The notes: a model not told the origin generated them from the letters alone. A DNA stretch of 45,272 bases from Octopus bimaculoides (GCF_001194135.2 NC_068997.1:36578396-36623667); one strand, 5' to 3'; counted from the first letter of the stretch, positions 22,660-34,049 are shown. Program-made: numbers and translations.

Positions 22660-23255
22660 ATAAAAATACCCTGAGAATAGTTACTAGAGAGATCGTGACC
22701 AACATCTATCACACCATAAAATCAAACTTACCTATACAAAGCCCCAAAATGAAAAACCTAGCTTACAGAATAGGAGACACCAACCAAAAAATCTTAAAAA
22801 CACCTCACAAAGGCAGAATTGAAATCAGAGAATGAATCAGAATTCTTAGTAAAAGAATGTGGAGATAGGAGATGTGGAAATGCAACAACATCAACAACTT
22901 CAAATATTTGGAAAGTGGTTCCCACATAAAATTCAAGAGCGGATTCCTTTTCAAAATAAATGCAGATATGAACTGCAAAACGCAAAATCTCATATACTAC
23001 ATTATTTGCCCAAACTGTAAAGAAAATTACATTGGCGAAATAAATAATTCCCTCTGCCAACGTGCAAGAATCCACAGGTAACATATCCAACAAGAGGAAT
23101 TATGCAAGATTCCATTAAGTAAGCATCCAGAAATATGCAGCGATGGAAACTTCAAATTTTTCCCTTTTACAAATGTGCACAGGACAATCTGCAATACTGA
23201 AAAGCAATGGAACTACATTTCATCAACAAATTCTCTCCAAAATTGGATGTTTGAA
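22660..23255 (+). mobile_element. Penelope-like element (Neptune-like Cys linker plus GIY-YIG)
   Basis: KECGDRRCG / KCNN...NADMNCKTQNLIYYIICPNCKENYIGEINNSLCQRARIHR...KAMELHFINKFSPKLDV*. Confidence 0.88.
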
Positions 23256-23479
23256 AGAAAAGTGGAAACAGTACATTTTGTAAGTGTAATACTAATGTTC
23301 TAATGCAAAATCATGAAAATGGAAGAAGCGTGATCGAAGTTACACAGTATAAACATGAACATGTTCCCAAACACATGCACACACACACACACTTCATCAA
23401 GGGATTCTCCACAAAATTGAATGTTTGAAAGTAAAGTGGATAATTTACATTTTTTATTCCAAATGTGGCTCATCTCTAC

Positions 23480-24865
23480 AAATATTCAGATATTCAAAAA
23501 TTCAGGATTAAAGGCAATTGACAGAACAACACTGCCAGGAAAATTCAAATGTTGGATACTGCAATTTGGGCTGTACCCAAGGATAATGTGGCCATTGCAA
23601 ATGTACGAGATAGCCACGAGTAGAGTAGAAAGGATGGATCAAAGATGCAGTGTGTTTATCAGTAAATGGCTTGGTCTGTCGAAACCACTGAATACAACTG
23701 CACTATATGGAAAACCTGTGCTGCAACTACTGATAACATCAATCGCGAAGAATATAAGGCAGGAAAGGAAAGGTCAGTAATGATGCTAAGGTATTCAGAA
23801 GACCAGAACATCTGAGAAAACCCTCCAAAGGCATGAACAGGGAGGAAATGGAATGCGGAAGAAGCAGTAAACAGGGCGATCGGAATACTAAGACACGCCG
23901 ATATAGTCGGAGCCACGCAAGAAGCAATAGCTGGCCTAGGGACGCACAATTTCAGGCCATTTTGCAAGAGCAGTATAAAAGAGATGAAAGAGGCAGTGGT
24001 ACACGAAGTGAGAAAGGAGGAAGAAGAAAGGCGGAATGTACATTTGGTGCAATGTAGTCAATAGGGACAGTGCCTGAGATGGGAGGAATACGTGATCAGC
24101 CGCAGAATCTCATGGAAGGAACTTTGAGCTTGGGAACAAGCAAGAACATCCTTCCTGATCAAGTCTACCTTTGACGCTCTACCTTCACCGGCGAACATAG
24201 TCCGATGGAACATAAAAACAACCGATGAATGTAGATGTGGAGAGAAAGCGACGCTGAGACATGTTCTGTCAAGCTGCAGACTAACACTAGAAAGGTATAC
24301 ATGGTGTCATAACCAAGTCCTCAGTGTCATAAGCGCTGCACTCAAGGAGAAGATCGAGGGATACAATAGGGGAGAGTACCCAAAAGTGGAAAAACGCAGG
24401 AAAATATACTTCCAGAAGGAGGGGAAAGGACATAAAACCAGGCCTCCAAATAAAATATACGAGATAGACGAAAGATGGAAGGGATACTGGGAGCTGGCCA
24501 CGGATTTGAGAAGACTAGTAATATTTCCACTCATAAAAACGACAAAAAGACCAGACTTAGTCCTATGGGACAGAGAACGGAGAATAGGAATTTTGCTAGA
24601 ACTGACAGTGCCATGAGAAGAGAACATCGACAATGCAGAGAAACGAAAGGAGAAGAGGTACGAAAAATTAATCGAAGAGTGCAGAGAACAGGGATGGACT
24701 GTCAAGTATTACCACCTGGCAGTGGGGGCTAGGGGCTTCATTGAAAGAAAAATGACAACGCTATTCAAGAGAAGATTTGCGTTTTCAAGCTCAGAACTGA
24801 GAAAACTGATAAGGAGAATACAGGAAGCGGTCGAAAAAGCCAGCTTCTATGTTTCTGGGTGTTTG
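23480..24865 (+). mobile_element. HERO-like RLE non-LTR retrotransposon, 5'-truncated
   Basis: LPGKFKCWILQFGLYPRIMWPLQMYEI. CCHC knuckle CRCGEKATLRHVLSSC. RLE motif KRPDLVLWD...LLELTVP*EENIDNAEKRKEKRYEKL...VGARGF. Confidence 0.82.
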
Positions 24866-25033
24866 TGCAGCCTTTGTGTTTGTGCAACCTTTATACAAAT
24901 ATCCCTCATGAATATGCGATTGAGGCAATTAAANNNNNNNNNNNNNNNNNNNNNNNNNNNNNNNNNNNNNNNNNNNNNNNNNNNNNNNNNNNNNNNNNNN
25001 NNNNNNNNNNNNNNNNNNNNNNNNNNNNNNNNN

Positions 25034-25176
25034 AGATACATATGAGAGAATACAGATGGGGTAAGAGGATATATATATATATATAAATATATATGGATAT
25101 ATAAAGATATATGGATGGATATATATATATATATATATGGATCGATACATATATATATATATAAAGATATATGGAT

Positions 25177-25210
<34 letters not shown>

Positions 25211-25310
25211 ATGGCTATATATATATATGTATATATATGGATATATATGTATATATATATAACGATATATATATTTATATGGATTCATATATATGGATAT
25301 ATATACATTG
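25034..25310. repeat. Low-complexity (TA)n tract interrupted by GGA/GGAT
   Basis: Read directly (tatatggatatat units). Confidence 0.9.
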
Positions 25311-25639
25311 TTTTCCTTTTTGTAGTTTCAGCTAAGTGCTGCGGCACTGCTGTTTTACTACACTGGTATTATTTAGAATGTGGTATATGTGGCACTTGGT
25401 TCCACATGTCCTACTCCCCATACACTCTTGCTGTTCCCTACCGATCCTACTCATGGCACCTGGACACATCTGTACTATGTACCCCTTTGCAGATCCTAGA
25501 GATAATCCCTTCCCCACTAAATATGAGTAACCATGCTGGTTTACTACAAGAACCTGTTCTGTACTCTCTGTCATACTTTAATCCTTCATTCCCTAGCAGA
25601 AAGCTGATCCTACTCTCTTAAAGTTTGTAGTCTTGCAAG

Positions 25640-25830
25640 CTGCATAGCAGCCTTGATCATGCTGTTGGCACTGAAAATACACTTAGTATATATTGTAAAG
25701 TATTTGGAATGAGGAAGGGTATTCAGTTATAGAAACAATGCCATAGTAAACACGGGAAGACAATGCAGTCCTTAGCCCCTTCCGATCCTGTGAAACCATT
25801 CAACCCATGCCAGTATAGAACAGGGGTGAT
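25640..25830 (+). mobile_element. Degenerate SINE with RTE-derived 3' tail
   Basis: Ends in gatcctgtgaaaccattcaacccatgccagtatagaac, matching the RTE 3' end. Confidence 0.55.
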
Positions 25831-26029
25831 AATATGATTGTATGTTTATACATTTCTCTCTATATATATATACACACATGATTGTATATGTGTATGAGTT
25901 TATATATTTCAATATATACACACATATGATTGTATATGTGTGTGAGTTTATATATATGTATATACTTTTCATGAAGCAGTGTATGTATGTTTTTGATAAT
26001 ATATAGTTTTTTTTAAAGCATAAACAATG

Positions 26030-27120
26030 CAAATTATAAAATAAAACTGGTTGATAGTTTTACTTAGTATGTCAATATTTCTGAGTTAGAACCCTTTCTT
26101 CAGGAAATCTTTGGAGAAAAGTTGTTATTTGCTGACTGCTCTATTATATAGTATTTGTTATATGCCACTATGATAAGCAATCAACCACATGCAATTCCGA
26201 TCTGTTATTAATACATGATCAGTATTTCGTAATTAGAAGTGCTTCTTGTATTATGTTCTCAATATTTCTTTCTGTAGCTTCGATGGAAACCTGGATGTCT
26301 TGGAAGTGGCATCTCTGTACATGTTCTTTTATGGAAGAAGTATTAGCATAGGGGTGTTCGTTAATCTGTATAATTGTTTGATGGTATTTCCAATGTAGAA
26401 TTCACTGCATTTTCTACATGTGATTTTATATACTACATAGCATCACATATATATTTTTATTTTTGATTGGGTAGTCAGGCAGTATACATATGGTGCTTTG
26501 TTTTGGTTGGTTTCAGTTAGGATTAGGACTCTCCTCAGTAAGGTCCAGAGTAGGCCAGTTGTATATTCAATTCCTCCCAATGGATTGCAGCAGTAAGTTT
26601 TTCATTAAAATGTGGAAGTTTAAAAAAAACATGTTATCCTTAGATGTGTTGATTTTATTAGTTGGTTTGGTGATGTCCTGACTTTTAGTGAAAATGTATG
26701 GATAGCTATTCTCCATCAGGGCCTTTCTGAATTGAAAGGTATTAGTGTTTTTTGCTTTCTGCCTTGCTACATTTACTGCACTCATATATTTGTCAGTAGA
26801 GTGCATATATTAATCAAAGTATACAGTATTATGGATCCATTGCAACCAATCTTATCAATTGGCTTTGCACAGGATATTAGGTAAACAGATTAGCTAATAA
26901 CTCCACCCATTGGAGGTGACTGATATGGAAAATTTGCAACTGCTATAGAGTGTATGAGCAATGATACTTTGTTTCTTGTACACATCACCAAGATGGTAGC
27001 AATGCGCAGGTGAACGAGTAGATGAATTCTCAGAACTTTCAGAACAAGGGACCAGGAAACTATGCTCGTGCCAAGGAGGACATTTGTCCTCAGCTGTCTG
27101 GGCTACTGTTCTCAACTATG
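26030..27120 (-). mobile_element. Penelope-like element (decayed RT, GIY-YIG, pLTR)
   Basis: VVYKITCRKCSEFYIGNT...ANTSSIKEHVQRCH...IIQEALLI. An upstream RT-like remnant (HLGDVY...CKFSISVTSNG) lies at about 26.9-27.1 kb. Confidence 0.8.
26069..26107 (-). ncRNA. Degenerate hammerhead motif in the PLE pLTR
   Basis: UUUC-CUGAAGA-AA-GGGU(UCUA)ACUC-A-GAAAU-AUU/GACA. Helix III region is the AAUAUU palindrome. Helix I has a mismatch. Confidence 0.5.
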
Positions 27121-27179
27121 GTCACCCAACAACATCAAATTAATAGCTGGACTCTAAGTAGTCCCATGGTGACAGACCA

Positions 27180-27656
27180 AGAATAGTGTTTCAATGAGAT
27201 AGTTGTGCTATTGGGAGAGATTGAAAAATTACAACTCTACTTGAAGTGAAGATGGGAAAGAGATGCAGAGAAATACATATGAAAGATACTGGAGTGGGTA
27301 ACATCAAGAGTTATAACAACCTCTGAAGAGGACACCACAGCAAATGTCACAACCACCCTAACTAGAGGAAGGACCAGGTACTGCAGTAACCTGAGTTTCA
27401 AGGGCCCACATCCATTTAATAACTTACTAAAAAAATCTGAAGGATTTACATGGAGTGACAATAGATGTTTTCAAGAAACTATGACCTTCTGCTGTTCAAG
27501 ATCCCAGATGAACCAATATCATTGTGAGAAATTCAAATGAGGGCAGCAATATCAAATTCCCTCATTTATTAAAAGTCAACTACATAAGAATGGCCATTGA
27601 AAAGGTGATCACACTGGCAGTGCCCTAACATGGCTACAGTCTTTGGACTGGGACAT
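27180..27656 (+). mobile_element. Decayed 3' end of a CR1-group LINE
   Basis: WERLK(K)LQLY...YI*KILE...SNLSFKGPH...KIPDEP remnants, then a 3'UTR ending in an A-rich tract. Confidence 0.7.
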
Positions 27657-27727
27657 ATAAAAAATTTTTTTTTTCAGAATGAGATAAAAAACCAAGGCTG
27701 TGAAGATTTTAGAACATTTATAAATAG

Positions 27728-27775
27728 GTCTTACAGCTGTTTCTGGGATATTTTTTATATCCCTTCATCAGAGAT
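27728..27775 (-). ncRNA. Hammerhead ribozyme motif (left arm)
   Basis: AUCU-CUGAUGA-A-GGGAUA(A-rich loop)UAUCCC-A-GAAAC-AGCU-GUA/AGAC. Confidence 0.68.
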
Positions 27776-28138
27776 GGTGTGAGAAAATGGTTAAGCAATA
27801 GTTAATTTAGATAAGATATGAAATAAATAGAGAGTGAAATGGAGGAATGAAAATAGATGTGAGATATGCAGGGATATTGCATTTGTAGATCCATTATTGA
27901 GGCAAACCCTTGATTCAATAGCACTGTGTACAAACTCTATACTTGGAACGACCAATTTTAAATACTATTGGAATTTACTCACAAGGTACTGGAATCTTAT
28001 ATGTATACCATTCTGCCTAAATAATGGATCTACAAATGCAATATCCCTGCATATCTCACATCTATTTTCATTCCTCCACTTCATTCTCTATTTTATATCT
28101 TATCTAAATTAACTATTGCTTAACCATTTTCTCACACC

Positions 28139-28186
28139 GTTTCTGATGAAGGGATATAAAAAATATCTCGGAAACAGCTGTAAGAC
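28139..28186 (+). ncRNA. Hammerhead ribozyme motif (right arm)
   Basis: GUUU-CUGAUGA-A-GGGAUA(UAAAAAA)UAUCUC-G-GAAAC-AGCU-GUA/AGAC. Predicted cleavage after 28182. Confidence 0.68.
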
Positions 28187-28732
28187 CTTCTATTTATAAA
28201 TGTTCTAAAATTTTCACAGCCTTGGTTTTTATCTCATTAGGAAAAAAAAAAAAAAAATTTTATATATACACACATGCTGATATATGACCTACATTGGACT
28301 CCTTATTCGCATAATCACTGAACCTGGAGCTTAACTATGGTCTGTCCATAGCACTTACTCAGCATTACCTGACACCTTTGGGTCATATTGACACCATTAC
28401 CTCTCATAACCTATATATATATATATTCCAGGGGATGACAAGTTGAATAAAGAACTTAAAGTTAAGTCATAGTAACTACAATATCTAATCCACGATTGTT
28501 AGTCACACAAAATATATCTTTAGGGACTAAAGAACAATCCTTTGAGAAGCTAACTGATAAAATATAGCAAGAAGAAAAGAAGTAAAATTATATAATGACA
28601 CAGTATTTCATTTTGCAACGATAATATACTACCAAGTATATTAAAGGTTTACAAGTAAATATTGGGCCTTACTTTTGTGTTAGCAGTGCAATGTTCTCAT
28701 TTTAAGTTTATCGCTACATATTTTCTCTAGAA

Positions 28733-28904
28733 TTCAGAGCCAGCACTGAAAGTTGTGACATTTTGTATACGAATACATTTATGTAAACAATGCAACTGAT
28801 GACAGAAAAATAATACACCCATCAGCTATTTTTTCTATTTTCAATAATATTAACATTGATGTATTTGTATATGAAATATCAGAACTTTCAGTGCTGGCTC
28901 TGAA
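28733..28904. repeat. MITE-like inverted repeat (about 52-bp arms)
   Basis: ttcagagccagcactgaaagtt (28733) and aactttcagtgctggctctgaa (ending 28904): 22 bp perfect, then imperfect. Confidence 0.8.
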
Positions 28905-29388
28905 CTCAATACAAAATCTGTAGAGATAAACTTAAACATGAATACACACATACACAAACATATACACACACATATACATATGCAAAGGTATATTAAGTCG
29001 AAGACTGGAATTTATGGTATTACATTTAATTCTTTTGGTATGTTTGTTTCGACACTTATGGAATATACATTTTATGATTATAAATATTAATATGAATATA
29101 AATGAATTTGTAATATTACAACATATTAATGCAAACCATGTGCATCTCCTCAGACAGAAGTTCAAAAGTAATACAATTTACACCTGGAAGATTATGGTAC
29201 ATATAGTTATTGTGTTTCAACAGGAGGAGCTATATGTAAGTATGTATGTATAGAGAGAGGGAAGGAGGGAGAAAGAGAGAGAGAGCAAGACTTACGGTTG
29301 GTAACACATACACCTGAATTGCATTTAATTCAATGCAACTTATACATATAAAGTGGAAAATTAAGATAAAGATAAATTATTATTATTA

Positions 29389-29627
29389 GTTCCTATGTAT
29401 GTTTCACAATTTCAGTTATTTGGAACTCAGCATTGGATGTTCCAACTGCATTTGGATGCCTAATTGCAAAAGGGTCATCAGGTGAACACTTTATTAATCA
29501 TTAAACTCTGTAACAGAATGCAATAAATTGTTCTCCTGATGATCCATTGCAGTTAGGCATCCAAATGCATTTCATCCATACAAAGCAGAGTTCCCGATAA
29601 ATGCAATAATGAAATGTACACAGGAAC
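29389..29627. repeat. Degenerate foldback (about 100-bp arms)
   Basis: Core tgcatttggatgcctaattgcaa..ggtcatcagg pairs with cctgatgatcc.ttgcagttaggcatccaaatgca. Outer arms are weaker. Confidence 0.75.
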
Positions 29628-29784
29628 AAATAATTTATAACTTTTCACTATATAAGCTCTGTATATCATAACTTGTAACACTGTTAAGTGCAGTGGTAGA
29701 CTAATCACACTACAGGAAGCTAACTGAATAATGATACTCTATGCAGAGCTCTAACTCATAGAGTAGTAGTTGTACACACAAGAT

Positions 29785-29944
29785 ATATATGTGTGCGTGT
29801 GTGTGTATACACACACACACACACACATATATATATGCATATACACACACACATATATACATATATATACACACACCACACACACACACATATATATATA
29901 TACACACACCACACATATTTATATATATATATATATGTATACAC

Positions 29945-30030
<86 letters not shown>

Positions 30031-30075
30031 GTACATACATACACATACATATGTTAATATAAATCACACACACAT
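29785..30075. repeat. (CA)n/(TA)n compound microsatellite
   Basis: Read directly. Confidence 0.97.
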
Positions 30076-30199
30076 ACCTGGTTGAACAATTCAAACAAGC
30101 ATCTGGAATCTTAGTTCACTTGGATAAGACCAGAAATTTATATAGTGTTATTACATTAGATTATAACAAGTTAATTCGAAATGACTTGTACAGCAACTA

Positions 30200-31128
30200 T
30201 AAGCATACATCAATAGCTACTCTAAACAACATTAACTCTACAAGACTTAAAATTCTCAAAAGTCTTTAGCTTGCTAATAGAATTGATTGATATGTACTTT
30301 AGGTAGCTTGTACAAATCTGACAAATCATAAGCCAAACTTCAACAATAAACCTACTGTTAGGTTTATTTTCCTATCAAAATTGTATATTGGAAATTTGAG
30401 CAAGAGTGTTTTAAATAAAACACAATGGTCAGATTCTTCTGATGTAATAGATTGATATACTAAAATAGGTAAGAAACACTAAATTTTTACAAATAGATAT
30501 AGGTAACCACTATTATTTAATCAATCCTTTTCTTTTTAACAAAGCTTTAATTTTTGCAGTAAAAATACAAAAATTTATGTAGAAATGAAGTTGATATTAG
30601 CCTAACTGCTCAAAGAACAATTCAGTATAATAAATTATGGAACTGTAACAATAAACGTAATAATTTTGATATAAGCATGGGATGGTTATACTCTGTAACT
30701 CTGTGGAAGTTACTGATCTCATTGGTATACATTTTACACAAGATAAAATTATTTTCCTTTTATAGTAGGTAGTTCATACTCGAACAATGCTCTGTTCTCT
30801 TTCTATAAGTGCAATGATGTAGTGTTGAAAGATATGAAAAGAAAATTATATAATTCATTAAAAATTTAGGACTTTTTATTACGGCAAGCACCAATCACAA
30901 TACTGCAAATTTCCTAGACGTATCACTAAATCTTAACAGCAAACTATACAAACCATACCATAAATCAAATGACCATAATTCTGATCATTCATATGCTGTC
31001 ACAAAATTTATTGTTAAAGGTGAATCTCTAAACTTTTGGCCAATAAAGAATTTTCTTATAAAGTGCTGATTATTATCATGTAGTCTTAACTAAAGCTGGT
31101 TTCACTGAAAAAGAAACTGAATATATCC
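30200..31128 (+). mobile_element. Decayed Penelope-like RT of the Naiad/Perere type
   Basis: NHKPNFNNKPTVRFI...IGNLSKSVLN...QWSDSSDVID*, then ITASTNHNTANFLDVSLNLNSKLYKPYHKSND and ADYYHVVLTKAGF. Confidence 0.7.
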
Positions 31129-31132
31129 TTAA

Positions 31133-31348
31133 CCCATTAGCATTTAAACTGGCTATATCTGGCCCCAAATAGTCTACCTGTGAAAGGCTGGACTAAATCC
31201 AGCCTTTCACATTCACTGTACAATGTCATTCTAAAAATAAACAATCACATTACTGAAATCTCAAAGCTACAAGACAATGCATGATTAAGTCAAAACAATG
31301 TGAATAAATAAGCATTACATTTGACAAAGTAATCTGAATAATAAAGGG
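31133..31348. mobile_element. piggyBac-type MITE with an internal perfect hairpin
   Basis: ttaa|cccattagcatt ... aataataaaggg|tcaa (degenerate TIR and TSD). 14-bp hairpin tgtgaaaggctgga-ctaaa-tccagcctttcaca at 31179-31211. Confidence 0.65.
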
Positions 31349-31629
31349 TCAAGTGTGTAAAAACATCTTAACCACTAAATAGATTTTTAACACATGTACC
31401 CAATAATCATAATGATAAAACTGATACAGTGTAAAAATATAAATTATAACAGTAGGTGCATTTCTAACAATAACATCAAAAGGGTATCAAATGTCCAGAA
31501 AATTATTTCAAATACCTCTCTGTAAACAAAAAATATTAGAATTAGCACTAACATTACCATTATTATTTCTACTATTATTGCTAATATCTCTATAGCTATT
31601 ACTTTGACTAACACTGCTTTTATAATAAT

Positions 31630-32150
31630 CCTTAGGCCTGAAATTTGGTGGGAGGGAGATAGTTAATTACATCAACCTCAGTGTTGAAATGGATGAAAAG
31701 CAAAGTCAGAACATAAAGCTGGAAGAAATGGTGCTAAACATTCCTGTCTAGCATACTAATGATTCAGTATATAAAGATGGATGAAATGCTATTAAGCATT
31801 TTGCCCGGCATGCTAACTCATCGCCTTAATACTGGTTTAAAATTTTGGCACAAGGCCAGCAATTTTGGGAGGTGGGGATAAGTCAATTACATCGACTGAA
31901 GTGTTCAACTGGAACTTATTTCATCACTCACAAAAGGATGAAAGATAAAGTCAACACCAGTGGGATTTGAACTCAAAACAAAGTCAGAAGAAATGCTATG
32001 AATAATTTTTTCTGGTGCAATAATGGTTCTGCCAGCTCACCACTTTAATAATAGTAATAACGATCCATTCTATTATAGGCACAAGGCCTGAAATTTTAGG
32101 AGACAGGTTAGTCGATTACATCAACCCCAGTACTCAACTGGTATCTGATT
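31630..32150 (-). mobile_element. Head-to-tail cluster of 3-4 degenerate SINE copies
   Basis: Repeated aggcctgaaattt..gggag...gtcgattacatcaacc.cagt...ggatgaaag..aaagtcaac units. Confidence 0.75.
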
Positions 32151-32159
32151 TTAACTGAT

Positions 32160-32660
32160 CGGAAGTGTTATGTGCATGTTTTCTTTTGGTGTAAAAGATG
32201 GGCTACAACAAATATTCTGTTCAATACCACAAATTTGCTTGGCCTTAACCAGTTGAGCATGTCCCTTAGTGGCATAAGCCAAGGTAGTAATGGAGCACCA
32301 TAGTCATGTGTTGAGAGGAATTTTTTAGGGTTTGAATAATTCACCTCCAGAAACGTGGGTGGGTGTTTTGTTCGTCATCCTTAAGCAACCTTTATTCAGG
32401 GACCTTTTGAGCAGGATCAGTTACTCAACTTGAAGAAAATTCTAACTGGGCCCCACCTGCAAGGTTATGTGCTATTTATCTTGATCTCACCATGTTGCAC
32501 ACATATTGTTGTGATGCATGTGCTTAGTGTACCCTTATTAGATGAGTAGTCATGAGGGGTATATTCGGCTTCATATGTTTGTACTCCAGCGTCACTTTGA
32601 TGGCATGCATTGCTCTATCACTCAATAACAATAATAATGGTAATAATAGTACTAATAATT
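32160..32660 (+). repeat. Interspersed-repeat 3' end with AAT-rich tail (family unassigned)
   Basis: Ends gtcactttgatggcatgcattgctctatcactc-aataacaataataat. Recognised only as a recurrent repeat type. Confidence 0.4.
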
Positions 32661-33076
32661 ATAATAATGTCATTATTTCAACAGTTCAGCTGAGTAACTA
32701 CAAATAAATTGAATTGCCCCATAAAAATATCAGATACATGCATGTGTATACATGTGAGAAAGAGTGTATAGCTGGACATATAGGTAAGGATGTGCATAGA
32801 TGTGGCTGTATGGGTATGTGTGTGCACACATATATTCGAGTGAATGTACAGATTTATATATAGGTCTGTGTATACACACACATACATACATAAATGAGTG
32901 GATGTGCATATGTGTGTGATAATAAGTACAAGTGTGATGGATTTATTAATCTCTTGAGAGAAAAGACTAAAAGGAAGATACTTGACTACAGGATTGTAAC
33001 ATACCTACATATCTAAGACATAGGTATAAGTGTGATTCATGTGTCAGCACATACACACACATATATATATATATAT

Positions 33077-33338
33077 ATATTGCTTAATAAACACAGTATA
33101 TATTTTTATGAGCTATTAAATAGTTTCATGCGATGAAAACAACTCTGGAGTCTGGACAGCTCCATATCAAACTGTCCAAACCATGCCAGCATGGAAAACA
33201 TATTAAATGACAATGATGATGATGATGTCTCATGCCTTATGCCTGAAGGTATCAAACGTGTTATAAAATGCTGATTCGTTTTCATTGCATGAAACTATTA
33301 GTAGCTCATAAAAATATATATTGTTTATCAAACAATAT
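33077..33338. repeat. Inverted repeat (about 62-bp arms) with an RTE 3' fragment inserted in the spacer
   Basis: atatatttttatgagcta.taa.tagtttcatgc.atgaaaac and its reverse complement at 33278-33338. RTE tail caaactgtccaaaccatgccagcatgg...(gat)n at about 33153-33227 (+). Confidence 0.8.
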
Positions 33339-33514
33339 TTATCTTTCACCAGGTGGAGTACTTTTTTTTGTTGATCTTACCTTCATGGAACAGTATATTA
33401 TACACACACACACACACACACACTGACCAAAGAAGACAAAAAGATACTGAACTCAAATGAAATACATACATGTAAACAGATAGCAATATGTATAAATATA
33501 ATAACCTTTCCTTG

Positions 33515-33718
33515 TATGGGTACAAGGTTTGAATTTTAGGGGTAGGAGGCTAGTCAATTACATTGATCCCAGTACTCAACTGGTATTTATTTTACTGACC
33601 CTGAAAGATGAAAGGCAAAGTCAACCTTCGTGGAATTTGAACTCAGAACATAAAGATGGAGAAATGCTGTTGAGCATTTTATCCAGTGTGCTAACAATTC
33701 TATCAGCTTGCCAACTTA
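33515..33718 (-). mobile_element. tRNA-headed SINE
   Basis: gaccctgaaagatgaaaggcaaagtcaacc...ggaatttgaactcagaac. Confidence 0.82.
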
Positions 33719-34049
33719 AGTATAAATACAATAACAAATCTTAATATATCTATGTTGGACAGATCATGACAGACAAGGAACAACAAGGGCCACTTTGATT
33801 AATGAAGTTGTGAATAGTTACAAAATGACTTTCACAAATTAACTGATCAAATAAAGTAATCGATTACTTAATTGGTCAAGTAATAAGTCGACTAGTAATA
33901 AAGCAGGGAAATAGAATGAGCATGTGTTTTTAGAGGCAAAAATGACTCACCTGTCTGTTTCAACCTACTACTGTGTATGAGGGGTATTTGAAAATACTTA
34001 ATTATCAGTATATTACTCTCTTCAGACCAAGTAAAAGGATTTTATTTAT

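Larger units (their letters stand above)
27657..28263. mobile_element. About 600-bp foldback (about 250-bp arms, 109-bp spacer), probably a truncated PLE with an inverted pLTR
   Basis: 27657-27904 is the near-perfect reverse complement of 28014-28263, and each arm carries a hammerhead motif. Confidence 0.85.

Noticed and set aside
28795-28825. CTGATGA motifs inside the 28.7 and 29.5 kb palindromes
   Set aside because: No helix II or GAAA geometry, so not hammerheads.
29223-29240. Plus-strand micro-exon-like cag|GAGGAGCTATAT|gtaagt
   Set aside because: No other plus-strand exon evidence, and it is within chance expectation.
30440-30460. In-frame TGA in the Naiad-like RT as selenocysteine
   Set aside because: It falls at a position that looks like a conserved Trp (TGG to TGA decay) in a copy with many other stops.
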